From a virus, in the IMG/VR virus record IMGVR_UViG_3300025645_000047, positions 1-64,000 of that record: DNA of 64,000 nucleotides; one strand, given 5' to 3'. Shown one piece after another: positions 55,101 to 64,000 of this stretch; positions within the stretch are counted from its first letter, which is position 1, and each line of letters opens with the position of its first letter. The notes beneath the pieces were generated by a model. It was given only the letters and a program-made list of their open reading frames with translations, searched no databases and had not been told where the DNA came from. A program made the translations under genes and the position numbers.

Positions 55101-57582
55101 CCCAAAAAGATATGCAGAAAAATTAAGAAAGTATCAAGAAAACTACGCAGCAGAAAGAAAGCACATAATTGATGCAATGCTTGCCAATGAAGGTAAAGCA
55201 GAAACAACTATTAAGCACACTGGTGGAGGTGAGTTACAAATACAGCCTAGTGTAAAAGGAGTTAAGGCAGAGAATAACATAAAAGATCTTAAGCAGGTTA
55301 AGGCAGAACAGAAAAAAGGTAATCCTCCTAGAATATTATTTTCTGATATAGATGGAGCGTTAAATGAAATAGATGAAAGTAAGAGTACTCTTGCTAATGA
55401 GTTTAGAAAAATAAAACTTGTTGCTGGAAACAATTCAGAAGGCCAGAAAGTCCCATACAAAGGTGGTTTATTTCTTGTATTAAAGAAAGCTGATGGAACT
55501 CCTTTTCCTGTACGTCTAAACTTAAAATACAATACTAAAGATCAATCAGAGGTATTGGCTGACTTGCTTTTGGATGTTAGTGTTCCTGGAAAAATAGGAG
55601 AGAAAACCAAATACTCACTTACTGATCCACTATCATTCCTTGACCAAGACTTACAAGATAGGATTAAATTAGAAATGGGACCTGAAATAGAAATGCTTGG
55701 TGGTGTTTCAAGCGATCCAACTTTGACTGACATAATAAATGCTTTTGTATTTGTTAATGAAAGCACTCAGGGATCTAAGTCTCAATTGTTTATGAAGTCT
55801 GGTGAATTGCACTTTGGAGAAATGGGTAACAGTATTTCAGCAGAGAGTGCATTAGGAAGAAGAGAAGAGTTAGTTACGTTTTTAACAGAAGTTAAAAGAA
55901 GACAGTTTAGTATTAAGATGTGGAATGACACTGAAAACTATCCTGGATATAGAGATTTTATGATGGACAATGGTATTATAAATACTAATGTTGTTGTTGG
56001 CCAAGATGAATTTCAATCAAGTCAGCCTGAAGAAGGTACAGGAAAAGTAGCCAGAAGAGTTCAGATATACATGGCACCTCTTGCACCAGTAGCGTCAGAT
56101 AAGCCAGCAGAAGTTGTTCAAAATAAAGAATCAGTTACTAAAACTGTTGTTGATTCATCTAACAGCTTACCTAGTGATCCTTCTACAGATGTTAAAGAAA
56201 AGACTGAGCCAGCACCATTTGAAGTAAATGCTGCTATTAAAAAGAAGTTTAAAGGTATTCTGTATCTTGACGGTAAGTTTGTGCAACTTCAGGGAATGAA
56301 GGAAGTGACTGACAAAGAAACTCTTAAAGAGCTTAACAAGATTAAAGACGATTTATTTAAAGACTTTAATGACAAAAAAGAAAAAGCAAAAAAAGTTGTA
56401 ACTGAAGCTAAAGAAAAAGAGATAGCTTCTGAAATGACAGAAAAAGAAACGTCATTAAAAGATGCTAAAGATCAACTAGATTTTGAAATAGAAAGATTAG
56501 ATGACATAGATACTTCTGAAGAAGCAAACATAGTAAGCAAAGATGAGGTTGCAGAAAAGAAGAGACAAGCTAGAGAGAGATATGTTCAGAAAGTACAAGA
56601 GATAAAAAAGGAATATGCTCCTGCACCTGTAACGCCAGCTCCATCTGAAAAGCAAACAATTACAAAGAAAATCTTTGATGTAATGGGTAATGAAGAAATG
56701 GGTTATGATGTCATGGAACTTACTGAGGATGGTTTAATCACTGATGGCCAAGGATCCCTTAGTAAGGATGAGGCAGAAGAGTATGCAGCTAAGCTTCAGT
56801 ATGATGCAAACAAGGCACCAACACCACAAACTAGTGAGGTTGAAACAAATGAGGCTAAGATAAAAGAGTTAAGGGATCAAGAACAAAATGAGTTACTTGA
56901 CGCTATTCCTAACGCTGAAAAGTATCTTACAAATGGAAAAGTAGACAAGACTAAAATAAAAAATAAAAAGTACATAGCTAAGTTTGAAAAGATATACAAC
57001 AAGTATGATAAGCTTATATCTCCTTTAATGGTAGAAGAGACATCTCCAGCTAATGAAACCTCTACAACTACTATAGAAAGGTTAAAAGAAATAGGGTTTG
57101 TATATCCTTTTTCAGAAAATGACAAAAGTGGTGCGTATTATGAGAACCATCCTGAATATAAAATAACTATAGACGGTACTAAAGTTACAACTTTTCCATG
57201 GTCTGAAAGCACTAGTGAAGCAAACATCTCTGACAATAGCCAAAAAGTAACATCTGGAAAAGCTGTTGATGATAGCAATCCTACTGTATACAAATTTGAC
57301 ACAGCTGCAGAAGCTAGATTAAAAGCAGAAGAGTTGTCTAGAATAACCCCAAAAGCTGATGATACCAAAATTAGTAAGAAAGACAGTAAAGACTTACCTT
57401 TAACAAATAATAGAAAAGTAAGAAAGCAATCTAATTCTAGTTCATTAATAGTAGATACCGGTGCTTCTAGAAGAAGACCTAGAAATACTGAAGAAGTAAC
57501 TGATGATGATGTTAAACCTAAAGATGAAAAGAAAAATATAGAATGTACTCCAGGAGGAGGGCAAATGAAAATAGATTTTTAA
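52192..57582 (+). CDS. Giant virion/ejection protein (1796 aa), RNAP-associated
   Basis: GFGDSQWD, hydrophobic Gly/Ala segments, ASEAGEEGYQ motif, long coiled coils; directly upstream of the RNAP. Confidence 0.75.
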   Translation: MLEENLIGIDELLDSSLEIVEDPRDDLISDEEYQELSNYGIQKKGAQWRENIDVGDTGFGDSQWDEGATIEEVQGTAGTAGLQGRRSTLQPWQDQLANAVTQAVVGEIIGGTIEGVGYLLDWQGMANLANGSEKEYTNWFSNIGKGIREKTQDLTQIHERSPGEMDLFDSGYWFKNSVSVASTLSMMLPSMAAAKGLGMLGRGASKLIGKGMARGAKKIGRELSEEAFDVATKMGVQAEWMTSGISEAVVSRHIENSMEASGTFEEIYEERLKQVNPKTGAYFTEGEARQSAANAASENYKNGWAMLAQDMLQYLSIGKVFNPVTRQMEVARKFTTASKAPAWLKKAGAVTGTFASEAGEEGYQHFIASKAALNSELNAGLISEEEYKSQLGEVMSSDEAMTSMLFGGLGGSVFQMVGPKANQLFKSKSKKEFEENAGQLFSTALENRAKIHAALQVQKNNAEEFGTEEEIQAAQDDIILNMVLDGIDTDNVEMTMEAMKNEPEMTAEEIAKFKEETDLEWDPAVAKAGAERALEVAARVKEIHYRNRNKAKNKNVAPSIVQDMTRIEFQNEEYGKQITKIKKDNKKRIDDIQFDSFLKPMDNFREKKDLEAKIAATKEVIGRTEERLAKSKDEDSIKTKKDLIKSHNSNLLKMQNRVSEIGKEDIDPKTGKTNRDADQIEANKKGEVVYNDGLMAEIAGGYLRELQLNDAITENQNSLKRLNDKAFQKQKVVKDGIRGIKEATDISALENYQAGIESGQVQGYENAEDKKKIDEAIKEKIAELKEKELKDNQAIEEEKIKAELLAKAAAENAKLNSVGETVTTPVDEAVEDTFFFEEALIEEELQDKAEEHTEVLTGNGKTVSPLDDNENTSGPYREWIHNGFDKIGTVITYASHTRRGFHRAYQNRKTPAGRAYNTYNDLLERAKKGEKITVPQNVYDNLPIAANVGEVGGSIYTVMPSYPRKTKQDGPKRYAEKLRKYQENYAAERKHIIDAMLANEGKAETTIKHTGGGELQIQPSVKGVKAENNIKDLKQVKAEQKKGNPPRILFSDIDGALNEIDESKSTLANEFRKIKLVAGNNSEGQKVPYKGGLFLVLKKADGTPFPVRLNLKYNTKDQSEVLADLLLDVSVPGKIGEKTKYSLTDPLSFLDQDLQDRIKLEMGPEIEMLGGVSSDPTLTDIINAFVFVNESTQGSKSQLFMKSGELHFGEMGNSISAESALGRREELVTFLTEVKRRQFSIKMWNDTENYPGYRDFMMDNGIINTNVVVGQDEFQSSQPEEGTGKVARRVQIYMAPLAPVASDKPAEVVQNKESVTKTVVDSSNSLPSDPSTDVKEKTEPAPFEVNAAIKKKFKGILYLDGKFVQLQGMKEVTDKETLKELNKIKDDLFKDFNDKKEKAKKVVTEAKEKEIASEMTEKETSLKDAKDQLDFEIERLDDIDTSEEANIVSKDEVAEKKRQARERYVQKVQEIKKEYAPAPVTPAPSEKQTITKKIFDVMGNEEMGYDVMELTEDGLITDGQGSLSKDEAEEYAAKLQYDANKAPTPQTSEVETNEAKIKELRDQEQNELLDAIPNAEKYLTNGKVDKTKIKNKKYIAKFEKIYNKYDKLISPLMVEETSPANETSTTTIERLKEIGFVYPFSENDKSGAYYENHPEYKITIDGTKVTTFPWSESTSEANISDNSQKVTSGKAVDDSNPTVYKFDTAAEARLKAEELSRITPKADDTKISKKDSKDLPLTNNRKVRKQSNSSSLIVDTGASRRRPRNTEEVTDDDVKPKDEKKNIECTPGGGQMKIDF

Positions 57583-57595
57583 AACTTAATATATA

Positions 57596-60500
57596 ATGAA
57601 ATACTGTAGCGTTAAAAACCCGGCAAATGGGAAAAAATCCGAATTGCACGAACAATTAGCAGATGTATTTAAAGACCTTCAATTAGCTGAAACTGCATAC
57701 GCAGAAGTAACAGGTCCAACTTTTAAAGAAAGGTTTGGAGACTGGGAAAAAGCTTTTAAAGAGGGCTACCCTGATGGTCTTAAAGACATAGGGTTAGTAG
57801 ACCCAAAAAATGGAGAGCCAGTCTTGAAGAAAAATTTAGCTAATGGAATGTGGTATTACACAGAAGCTGATGGCATAACAAAAGATTACTTAAACATGGT
57901 ATCTCTTGCTGCTTTTACTGCACAACAAATAGAAGAGGTTACTGATCATCTTTTATTTAGATTTATATTAGACGGAGGGCCTAGCAAATCTTTAAATGAA
58001 TACAATCCAAACGAGCTTGAGAAAGGTCGTGTAATGGAGTCTATTGAGCAAAGTATAGCAGCATATAAAGAATCTATAAAAGACAAACCTAACAGGGCTG
58101 AGTTGCTAGAAAAGATAGAGCTAGTTGAAAGTAATAAAGAAGAGTATAGAAAAAATCTAATTTCATACATAGAGTCTTTAGGTATGAAAGTTAGAGAAAG
58201 AGTTACTGATGCCCAGGGTAATCCAGTAACTGAAGTATCAGCTGAAGATAAAGGAGGAGGATTGAACATGCAAGATTCTTTTGAAACCAACTCTAAAGAT
58301 ACAGCAAGCGTAAACACAAAAATATTTCTATCTCAAATTGAAAATAGAGTTTACGGAGAAGTAATAGATCCAGAAACAGGAAAGACCTTACTTAAAGAAG
58401 ACGGAACACCAGACTTACAGTCTATTCCATTATCTAATGGATATCTAGAAACAGAATCATTTGCTAAATTTGATGACGTATGGGATACACTAAAAAGTGT
58501 TCTTACAGACGAAGTTGGTTATGGCTATGGGGAAAATGTTGTTGATATATTTGATGTAATGTACAACAAGCTTGACAACATAAAAGAGTCTAAGCTTTGG
58601 ATGCACGACTTGCTAGATAAGCTTGACAGGATGAGAAGTGATCCTAATTCTAGGAACAAAATTACTCAGTTTGTACAGGCAATGACAGGGACACAAGTAA
58701 ACTTCTATGTAACACAACACGATAACGGTAACTACACTGTTATGAATGCTACTTCTACAAATAGCAAGCAAAGTAAAGTTACAAATAAATGGTATAATTC
58801 TTTTGACGCAAGGTATTTAACCGAGGGTGTATTAAAAGAAAATGAAAGAGCACAACTAGAAAAGGAATATGATGAGCTTGTTTATCTTCAAGAACAATAC
58901 AATGAAGATATAGCAAAGATAGGTATAAAGGCTAACACTCCTCTTACTGAAATACAGGAGGAGCAAAGAAGAATAGCAGTTAATTATGCAGCATTAGATC
59001 TTTCTACTGTCTATAACAAATTAGGAGCTGACGAGGTTAGACCTAAAGATTTCCAAACAATGTTTAACTTAAATGGAGGAGATAATAAGGCAATAGACAT
59101 TCTTGATGACCAATACAAAAGAGCATTATACTTGTTTAAAACTATATTAGATAAAGATTTTAAGTTTAAAGATGCAGAAGGTAATCAAGAAAATATATTT
59201 AACAAAGAAGTGTCTACTAAGCTTCTAGCAAATGCTATTGGTTGGGATACTGGAGACATGTCTGAAATGTCTGTATTATTAACTAATGGTAAAACAGGTT
59301 ACGCAGTAACAAATCCTACTTATGTTTCTAATAAAATTAATGAATGGAAAAAAGATCCAACTGAATTAGAAAATTTATTGCTAGATAAAGGAAAGCAAAA
59401 CTCTAGATGGATTAATTACTTGCTTGCAAAGGATGAGCCAAACAGGAATAAAAGAAAAGTAAAGATGCAAAAAAGACTTGATGATTTTGGCCATGGGCTT
59501 GACTCTGCATTTAAGTCTAAAGGAAAAAATGACGGTGTTTCTAATGTAGAGATTACTTTAAATGACCAGATTAATGCTAATATGGTTCAGATGCTTAATG
59601 ACAAATTAGGAGCAAATGAAAAGTCATTTTTTCCAACAATAATTGCTGCTGACAAATCAAGAAGAATATTATTCTCAGGTATTAAATCATTTGATTCAGG
59701 TATAAGAAAAAGCCCACAAGGTGATATTTACATATCTCCTAGCTCTATTAATGTTGCTTTTGGGTATTTCCTAGATGAATACAACAGAATGAAAAGGGTT
59801 AATCGTGAAAACAACGACCCAAATATAAAGAAAGCCATTCACTATCACGCTAGAATAGTTGATGGTAAGGTAGAAGATATTGGAAATGGACAAAGATCCC
59901 AAATATTTCCTCAGTTTGACAAAGACAGCAAGGATCCAAAATATGCAGATTTAAGAAGAATGCTTTATGGTGATTCGTTTAAGGATGATAAGTTTGACAA
60001 ACTTAGTTCATCTCAAGAAGAAATTGTAAAGAAACACATTAAAGAAAGTATTCAAGAAAGAGTACAAGAAACTGCAGATAGACTTAAAGGAATTAGCGGA
60101 ACTAGTAAAGCTTTAATAAAGCACTATGGTATTAATGAGGGAGGCCTTGACCCTGATTACACAACATTAGCTGGTGATTATTTTATGAATGGGCTTATAT
60201 CTTCTGTTGAGTATACTAAAATGTTTTCAGGTGATCCAGCTTATTACAAAAACAATGCGGATTTAATTAAGCGTATTCCTGCTACTTACACAGATGGACT
60301 ACAGCTTAGAATAGATAGTAAAGATGCACTTATATTTAACCAAGCAACAATAAATGGTGTTGAAGTTGCTTCAAGATATGTTGACAAGATATTAGCTTCT
60401 GTTACAGATAAATCTATTGCACTAGCTTATGGTAAGACTGTAGATGAGAAGGGTAATCCAATAGGAAACAATGTTAATACTACTGATGCACAAGCATGGA

Positions 60501-63500
60501 TTACTCCACGTAGATGGAGATTCATTAAGCAAAAGCTTGGCCAGTGGGGACCTCAGCATGATAAGGTTTATAAGAAAATGAGAGAAGGTAAGCAGCTAGA
60601 GCCTAATGAGGCAAAATTAGCAGCACAGCCTCTTAAAGGTGTTTACTTTGAAATTAATGAAGGAAGACCAGTGTATTTAAAGTATTCTCAAGCTGTATTA
60701 ATACCTTCTTTAGTTAAAGGTACTCCAATGCAAGCTTTGTATGATAAAATGACAAAAGATCCTGAGACTGGAAAAGAGTACGCAGACAATGAGGCTCACT
60801 TAGAGATCCATGAAGTTGTAACTTTAGATGGTATAAAAGTAGGTGCTATTGAACCAACAACTATCAACAAGCCAGGAACAACTGAATTAGCAGATGAGTT
60901 TGAATTAAATCCTCAAGTGTTAAACAACAGGGGATGGAAGCTTCAACAGGATTTGCCTATTAAAAACATGAAAGAAACAAATGTTGGTTCTCAAATTCAA
61001 AAGAATATTTTTGAAGGAATGGACATGACTGGTGAGTATGTTGTAAATGGGAAAACAGTAGATGGAACTACATTAGCTCAAAATATGCATGATGCTGTAT
61101 CTAGATTATCTGATTTAGGTAAGGAAAAATTAATAGAAGACTACGGCATTGATGCAAATGGAAAAATTACAAACAAAGATAAAATATACGCTGCACTCAT
61201 AAGAGAGTTTAAAGATAGGGGAGGTAATGACAATATTGTTACTGCACTTGAAAAAGGAACTCCATTTGATGCAATGCCTCAAATTAGAGGTAAAGTTGAA
61301 AGTATCTTTATGTCTATAATGAACAGGGCACTTACCAAGATTACCACACAAGGTGGTAGCTTTATTCAGGTATCTCCATTTGGATTTGAAAAGATAGATC
61401 CAAAAGATTCTGGAATTATAGTAGTGTCAGAAGACTACAATGGTGAAGGTCTACTTCCCCCAAGAATTGTAGATGGCAAAGTATTACCTGGCCAAGCAAT
61501 GATACCTCACTCACAAGCTATAAAGCTTTTGAAAAAGCACGGTATTACATTAGAAGGTAAGACTATGAAGTCTGCAATGTCATTGTTAGATCCTAGTGTA
61601 TTAGAGTTAGTTACATATAGAATACCTAACCAAGGGATGTCTTCTAATGACTACTTACAGATAGTTGGTGTATTGCCACAAGGTGTTGGAGATAGTATAT
61701 TAGTGTACGATGGATTGCCTGCAAAGACAGGTAGTGATTTTGATATTGACAAATTGTTTGTAATGCAAAACAATATTGTATACGATACAGAAACAGGAAA
61801 AGTAACAAAGCTAACTAGAGAAAACTCACATCTTGCTGTTAAGACTTTAGGTAAGCGTGCATACACTGACAAGAAAACTGGAAAGAAAGTTCCAGCTACT
61901 CCAGACATTATGTACAGTAGTGTTGAAATAGAAAAAATGCTAGTTCAAAATGACCTTGTAGCAAACTATAAGGCTGTATTGAACTCTCCAAAAAACTATG
62001 ACGCAATGATGAGGTCTATTGATGGAGCTCAACTAAAAGATGATATTGTAGGTACTAAAAAGAATGGGTTTAAAGATGGATTATTTCCTGCACCTGTAAT
62101 GAAAAATATGGAGTTGTTTTCTCCACTTGTACAGCTTGAAACTAAAAACGCTTATTTATCAGGTAAAATGGGCGTAGGGCAGACTGCCAATCATTTAGTT
62201 GACCATGTAATGAATCAATCATTAAATATTGAGTTCAATAGATGGATAGGAGTAGGAAACGTAAGATACGAGAAGATTACCACAGGAAAAAGAAAAGGCC
62301 AAATGAAGCCAATAACTTTCTTTGATCGTGAAACAACAGATAAGCATTCAATTGCTGATAATCTATCTGCATTCCTTAATGCTTATGTTGATATTGCAAA
62401 AGATCCTTATATTTCTCGTGCTAACCACAACTCTATTACAGCAAACACATCTTTTATGTTGCTTAGAGCAGGTGCTAGCATGAAGTTTGTAAACAGATTT
62501 ATTGGACAGCCAATACTAAGAGAACTTGTACAGTTGCAAATGGAGCAGCAAAGTATTACTGCTTCAGAATTAACTAATATGGATGAACAAGGAAACAAGG
62601 ATCCATTTAAAGTAGCTCCAATGGATGCTATACTTTCTAAGTATTTTGGTAATCGTAAGATTCCATCAGTAGTTAGTGGTAAAACTGTAGCTGACCTTAG
62701 TGACTCTAAATTAGAAGCAAACATAAAAAACAGAGATGCAGGTTCTGAAATGGAGTTTAATGTATTAAAAGCTTGGTCAATGCTTCAGGAGCAAGGTAAA
62801 ATATTTGGTGAAGCAGTAATTGCTGCCAAATCTGACACTGCTGGTGCAGGTGGTTCTAATGTTGACAGAATGGTTAATGAAAACAAAATAAAAAAAATTA
62901 TTAGTACAGGTGAAGTAGTTAACTTTTCTGAAAAGTACAAGGACACTATGCTTGGAACTTATAAAGAAAATACTCTAGACTGGGTTAAAAGTGTAGTAAA
63001 AAATTCTGATTTATTTTTATCAGGAACTCAGATGGCTGAAAATGTATTTAATAACATATCATCTTTAACTGCAAATGGAGAATACCTTGTAGATGCAAAG
63101 CTTGGTAAGTCTATTGATGCTGGGTTTTACTCATACATAATGTCTGGAACTAAATTATTTAAGGATAGTTTTAAAAAGTATAATTCAATAACTACAAATG
63201 TACCTTTATCAGTAGAAAAGAAACAAGAAGGTATAATAGCAGGAACTGAAGAAAGAAATCATCTTATAGAAAATTTAGAAATTGAAATACGTAAGGGAAA
63301 AAAATACTTAGGAATAAACAATAAAGATAAACCAAAGCATTACCAAGAGCAAATATATAGAGGATGGATGCAGCTGTACAATAAATTTTACAAGAATGAA
63401 GACGGCAGTATAAATAAAGATAAAATACATCCTGATAGAAAGTTAGCTTTAGATCTTGCTAGGTATTCATTTATTGGATCTGGATTTCAAAATAATCTAA

Positions 63501-64000
63501 CTCAATTCTTTACACATATACCTCATCAAATACTTAAAGACAATAACTTAAATAAAGAGATTAAAGACATCATAAGAAATAACAATAATGAAAATAATCT
63601 AGAAAGTGACTCTGAGTTTGTTGATCAACTATTAAGACATAGTATAAAAGATCCAAAAGTAATTAAAAGTCTTAAGATTAAGAACATGGATGGTTCAGCA
63701 ACTGCTTTTACATATAAACCAGCTAAAATTAAAAGTCAAGAGTTTGGTAATGTTCAAAACAATGAAAGAATATTTCCTAAATTTGTAGCAGGAAGAGTAG
63801 GTTATGATTCTTTTTTGTACGAAATGAAAGGTACTGTAGAAAAAACAGATGCTGATGGAGGTACTATGAGAGTTCCAGTTTATATTCGTACATTTACACT
63901 AGGAACTAAAGAGGGAAAATATAATACTGTTGAGTATAGTAGAGGGACTAAAATTAGTGAGTCTAATAATAATGCAAACAACGTTCTGCCATCAATTCAA
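57596..64000 (+). CDS. Virion-packaged DNA-dependent RNA polymerase, crAss-type (truncated by window end; not in ORF track)
   Basis: ATG at 57596 (MKYCSVKNP), open for 2135 codons; in-frame FSGDPAYYK..DLIKR, NTTDAQAW, QPLKG, LQQDLP, GSQIQK, YRIPNQ and catalytic GSDFDIDK at 61730-61753. Confidence 0.93.
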   Translation, partial: MKYCSVKNPANGKKSELHEQLADVFKDLQLAETAYAEVTGPTFKERFGDWEKAFKEGYPDGLKDIGLVDPKNGEPVLKKNLANGMWYYTEADGITKDYLNMVSLAAFTAQQIEEVTDHLLFRFILDGGPSKSLNEYNPNELEKGRVMESIEQSIAAYKESIKDKPNRAELLEKIELVESNKEEYRKNLISYIESLGMKVRERVTDAQGNPVTEVSAEDKGGGLNMQDSFETNSKDTASVNTKIFLSQIENRVYGEVIDPETGKTLLKEDGTPDLQSIPLSNGYLETESFAKFDDVWDTLKSVLTDEVGYGYGENVVDIFDVMYNKLDNIKESKLWMHDLLDKLDRMRSDPNSRNKITQFVQAMTGTQVNFYVTQHDNGNYTVMNATSTNSKQSKVTNKWYNSFDARYLTEGVLKENERAQLEKEYDELVYLQEQYNEDIAKIGIKANTPLTEIQEEQRRIAVNYAALDLSTVYNKLGADEVRPKDFQTMFNLNGGDNKAIDILDDQYKRALYLFKTILDKDFKFKDAEGNQENIFNKEVSTKLLANAIGWDTGDMSEMSVLLTNGKTGYAVTNPTYVSNKINEWKKDPTELENLLLDKGKQNSRWINYLLAKDEPNRNKRKVKMQKRLDDFGHGLDSAFKSKGKNDGVSNVEITLNDQINANMVQMLNDKLGANEKSFFPTIIAADKSRRILFSGIKSFDSGIRKSPQGDIYISPSSINVAFGYFLDEYNRMKRVNRENNDPNIKKAIHYHARIVDGKVEDIGNGQRSQIFPQFDKDSKDPKYADLRRMLYGDSFKDDKFDKLSSSQEEIVKKHIKESIQERVQETADRLKGISGTSKALIKHYGINEGGLDPDYTTLAGDYFMNGLISSVEYTKMFSGDPAYYKNNADLIKRIPATYTDGLQLRIDSKDALIFNQATINGVEVASRYVDKILASVTDKSIALAYGKTVDEKGNPIGNNVNTTDAQAWITPRRWRFIKQKLGQWGPQHDKVYKKMREGKQLEPNEAKLAAQPLKGVYFEINEGRPVYLKYSQAVLIPSLVKGTPMQALYDKMTKDPETGKEYADNEAHLEIHEVVTLDGIKVGAIEPTTINKPGTTELADEFELNPQVLNNRGWKLQQDLPIKNMKETNVGSQIQKNIFEGMDMTGEYVVNGKTVDGTTLAQNMHDAVSRLSDLGKEKLIEDYGIDANGKITNKDKIYAALIREFKDRGGNDNIVTALEKGTPFDAMPQIRGKVESIFMSIMNRALTKITTQGGSFIQVSPFGFEKIDPKDSGIIVVSEDYNGEGLLPPRIVDGKVLPGQAMIPHSQAIKLLKKHGITLEGKTMKSAMSLLDPSVLELVTYRIPNQGMSSNDYLQIVGVLPQGVGDSILVYDGLPAKTGSDFDIDKLFVMQNNIVYDTETGKVTKLTRENSHLAVKTLGKRAYTDKKTGKKVPATPDIMYSSVEIEKMLVQNDLVANYKAVLNSPKNYDAMMRSIDGAQLKDDIVGTKKNGFKDGLFPAPVMKNMELFSPLVQLETKNAYLSGKMGVGQTANHLVDHVMNQSLNIEFNRWIGVGNVRYEKITTGKRKGQMKPITFFDRETTDKHSIADNLSAFLNAYVDIAKDPYISRANHNSITANTSFMLLRAGASMKFVNRFIGQPILRELVQLQMEQQSITASELTNMDEQGNKDPFKVAPMDAILSKYFGNRKIPSVVSGKTVADLSDSKLEANIKNRDAGSEMEFNVLKAWSMLQEQGKIFGEAVIAAKSDTAGAGGSNVDRMVNENKIKKIISTGEVVNFSEKYKDTMLGTYKENTLDWVKSVVKNSDLFLSGTQMAENVFNNISSLTANGEYLVDAKLGKSIDAGFYSYIMSGTKLFKDSFKKYNSITTNVPLSVEKKQEGIIAGTEERNHLIENLEIEIRKGKKYLGINNKDKPKHYQEQIYRGWMQLYNKFYKNEDGSINKDKIHPDRKLALDLARYSFIGSGFQNNLTQFFTHIPHQILKDNNLNKEIKDIIRNNNNENNLESDSEFVDQLLRHSIKDPKVIKSLKIKNMDGSATAFTYKPAKIKSQEFGNVQNNERIFPKFVAGRVGYDSFLYEMKGTVEKTDADGGTMRVPVYIRTFTLGTKEGKYNTVEYSRGTKISESNNNANNVLPSIQ

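Noticed and set aside
24700-61523. Intragenic AGCTATAA copies (24700, 54516, 61516)
   Set aside because: They lack the TT(T/C) prefix and have no TAnnTTTR box 38 nt downstream, so they are treated as chance matches
1-64000. Stop-codon reassignment (TAG or TGA), known in some crAss-like phages
   Set aside because: Long genes are intact in code 11; TAG ends TerL and other genes, and TGA ends several genes in ATGA overlaps

Overview
This is a 64-kb, very AT-rich slice of a crAss-like phage (order Crassvirales), with all real genes on the + strand. The host is most likely a Bacteroidota (Flavobacteriia) bacterium: promoters are of the -33/-7 TAnnTTTG type, start contexts are A-rich without Shine-Dalgarno, and the genetic code is standard. 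Gene order: small ORFs, a ~350-nt structured non-coding transcript candidate, GroEL and GroES-like chaperonins, terminase, portal, a 13.7-kb fibre/decoration island, a lysis cassette, scaffold-like gene, major capsid protein, ring/auxiliary proteins, a metallophosphoesterase, IHF-like, tail tubular and muzzle genes, ejection/cargo proteins interrupted by a BspA-like LRR cassette, a giant virion protein, and the virion RNA polymerase (57596 to the window end, DFDID motif, missing from the ORF track). Top observations: (1) a five-copy bipartite promoter, TTYAGCTATAAYA with an exact 38-nt offset to TAnnTTTR, that lacks the host -33 box and sits mostly ahead of morphogenesis and lysis blocks; (2) a promoter- and terminator-bounded, nested or pseudoknotted ncRNA candidate at about 1290-1644; (3) a modular fibre toolkit with a shared TQNQF N-terminal module. 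All family assignments come from motif recognition and synteny. No database searches were run.
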